64,000 nt of DNA from Tubulanus polymorphus (Eukaryota > Animalia > Nemertea), in the NCBI RefSeq assembly GCF_964204645.1, contig NC_134030.1:18932210-18996209 (forward strand), written 5' to 3'. The notes beneath the pieces are model-generated. The model saw only the letters and a program-made list of their open reading frames with translations. It was not told the DNA's origin and did no database searches. Positions 62,312 through 64,000 of the stretch are shown in pieces. Positions within the stretch are counted from its first letter, which is position 1, and each line of letters begins with the position of its first letter. The translations under genes were made by a program, and so were the position numbers.

Positions 62312-63239
62312 TTTAGGCTCACTCGACGTCGAACAGCTACAGTCGATGAAAATAATATTTTGAAACTTCTCAATCTGCGTACCTCATGTAGCAGCTCAGT
62401 CGAAAGCAAGTTGCGCTCTGAGCGAATGACAGTCGACGCCGATAAACGCTGTTAGAGACTATTGAACACGATAATCATCAACGTATGAATTGACGGCGCC
62501 GAGTTTTTTTAAAATGTAGTATGCAACTAACTGAAGCAAAGCTTACCGTATCATTATTGTACGAATTCAGAAACGCAAGAACATGCCGTCATACGGTGCA
62601 ATTTAATATATCTAGCAATGCAGTACGAGATCACGAAAAACTACTAAACGCTGAGGCTTATCTTCACTTCTTTTCAGTCACCGAAATCCAAAAAGTTTGG
62701 ACTTGCTCACGGACTATTTCCCCGTGCATTACGGATCTGCGATGAAACTCTCCTTTCGGCTGAATTTGATCACATCTACAACTCTCTTAAAATGGCTTAT
62801 CCCGATAATATTTTGAAAATCGCTGTTTCCAAGGCTAATCAAACAACTTTCTTTAATTCTAAACTTACGAAGAAACGCAGGAAAATGCCGCCATATGCTG
62901 CAATTTGTTATATATAGCAATTCCGTTACGGAGCGCAGCATAGATGACTTCGATAAAATACAGTCACGCGAGATGACTTTATAAATGACTGTCGTGCGAT
63001 GACTTCAAACTGGAACGACAATGAATGACTTCAAAACAACACGGTACGACATGACTGCGAAGTCAAATAGCGTGGGATGACTTCAACGAATTGGTGTGAG
63101 TTGACTCCAAAATATAACGGCACGAAATGGCTTAGAAACAGAATGACTAGTGATGCCTTCAACAAAATGAGGCGCCATGCGACTTCGAAATAAGATAGGG
63201 AAAATTTTTCTTCATTATTGCAGTGGAACGTCGTTACAA

Positions 63240-63255
63240 TATAATAATAATAATA

Positions 63256-63291
<36 letters not shown>

Positions 63292-63338
63292 TGGTGATGG
63301 TGATGGTGATGGTGATGGTGATGGTGATGGTGATGGTG

Positions 63339-63413
<75 letters not shown>

Positions 63414-63421
63414 GTAATAAT
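63240..63421. repeat. Compound (TAA)n/(TGATGG)n microsatellite
   Basis: Direct reading. Confidence 0.95.
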
Positions 63422-64000
63422 TTATTTACTTATAGAGCGCATTTCTATAAAACATAATCATTGCACTTCACATTATTAAAACAGATAAGACAGGATGCAG
63501 ATTTCAACGGACTTCATAGTATAGGGTGGCTTATCGACAATTTTGAGTCATATTGTTACCGGGTGTACAAAATCACGAAAATTGGCCCTGATGTTCATGC
63601 AAACTTATCAGGGGGGCTTGAAAAACCGCTAGTTCGTTGTGCAGCTGCGCGGTACGGAATCAAATGAATTCCTATCTGGGTCGAAATTCTAAATGAATAG
63701 AAAAATAAATCGTTATATCCGAGTTGGTTATAACGAGAATCTATTGTATTCGCATACGCGTTCAAAACAAGAGATAATACACCAGCTGTCCGTAATTACG
63801 ATACCGGTTCAAACAGTTTAATTTCCCGTTTGAAAATGGCTCACATCCGACTTGTTTCGATGTCGGGCGCAGGCATGCAAAAATACCATTCTTGAAACGT
63901 AAGCTAAACCCTTTCATCTCATCAACGCAAAAATGTCATTAGCTTTGGTACGAATTTTGGCTTTACTTAAAAATGATCGAATTTCGTAAAGCTTCCCAAT

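Noticed and set aside
62940-63190. CRISPR-like repeat-spacer appearance (also 12092-12380)
   Set aside because: Repeats are short or degenerate, context is eukaryotic, and there are no cas genes.

Overview
AT-rich, intron-containing animal genomic DNA. A marine invertebrate, probably a lophotrochozoan, is inferred from gene and repeat content. By reading GT-AG boundaries and reading frames I reconstructed eight genes. Two are tandem clan-3 (CYP3-like) P450s on + (one 5'-truncated by the window edge), both with Asn replacing the catalytic I-helix Thr (AGYENISN). Two are tandem three-exon genes on - encoding secreted PAN/apple + LamG/ConA-like proteins with a 40-nt micro-exon. Three are tandem ten-exon clan-2 (CYP17A/CYP2-like) P450s on -. 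One is an intronless FMRFamide-receptor-like class A GPCR with a poly-Ser microsatellite. Introns and spacers hold many MITEs (piggyBac-, Kolobok-, Tc1/mariner-, hAT- and PIF/Harbinger-like), two LINE RT fragments, SINE remnants and microsatellites. The most unusual non-coding signal is a family of ~250-270 bp fold-back elements. Each arm carries a minimal hammerhead-ribozyme motif (CUGANGA-U-stem II-GAAAC-GUH), and three copies are flanked by 12-13 bp target-site duplications. This is consistent with non-autonomous Penelope-like or retrozyme-like retroelements. All coordinates were counted by eye and may be off by a few bases.
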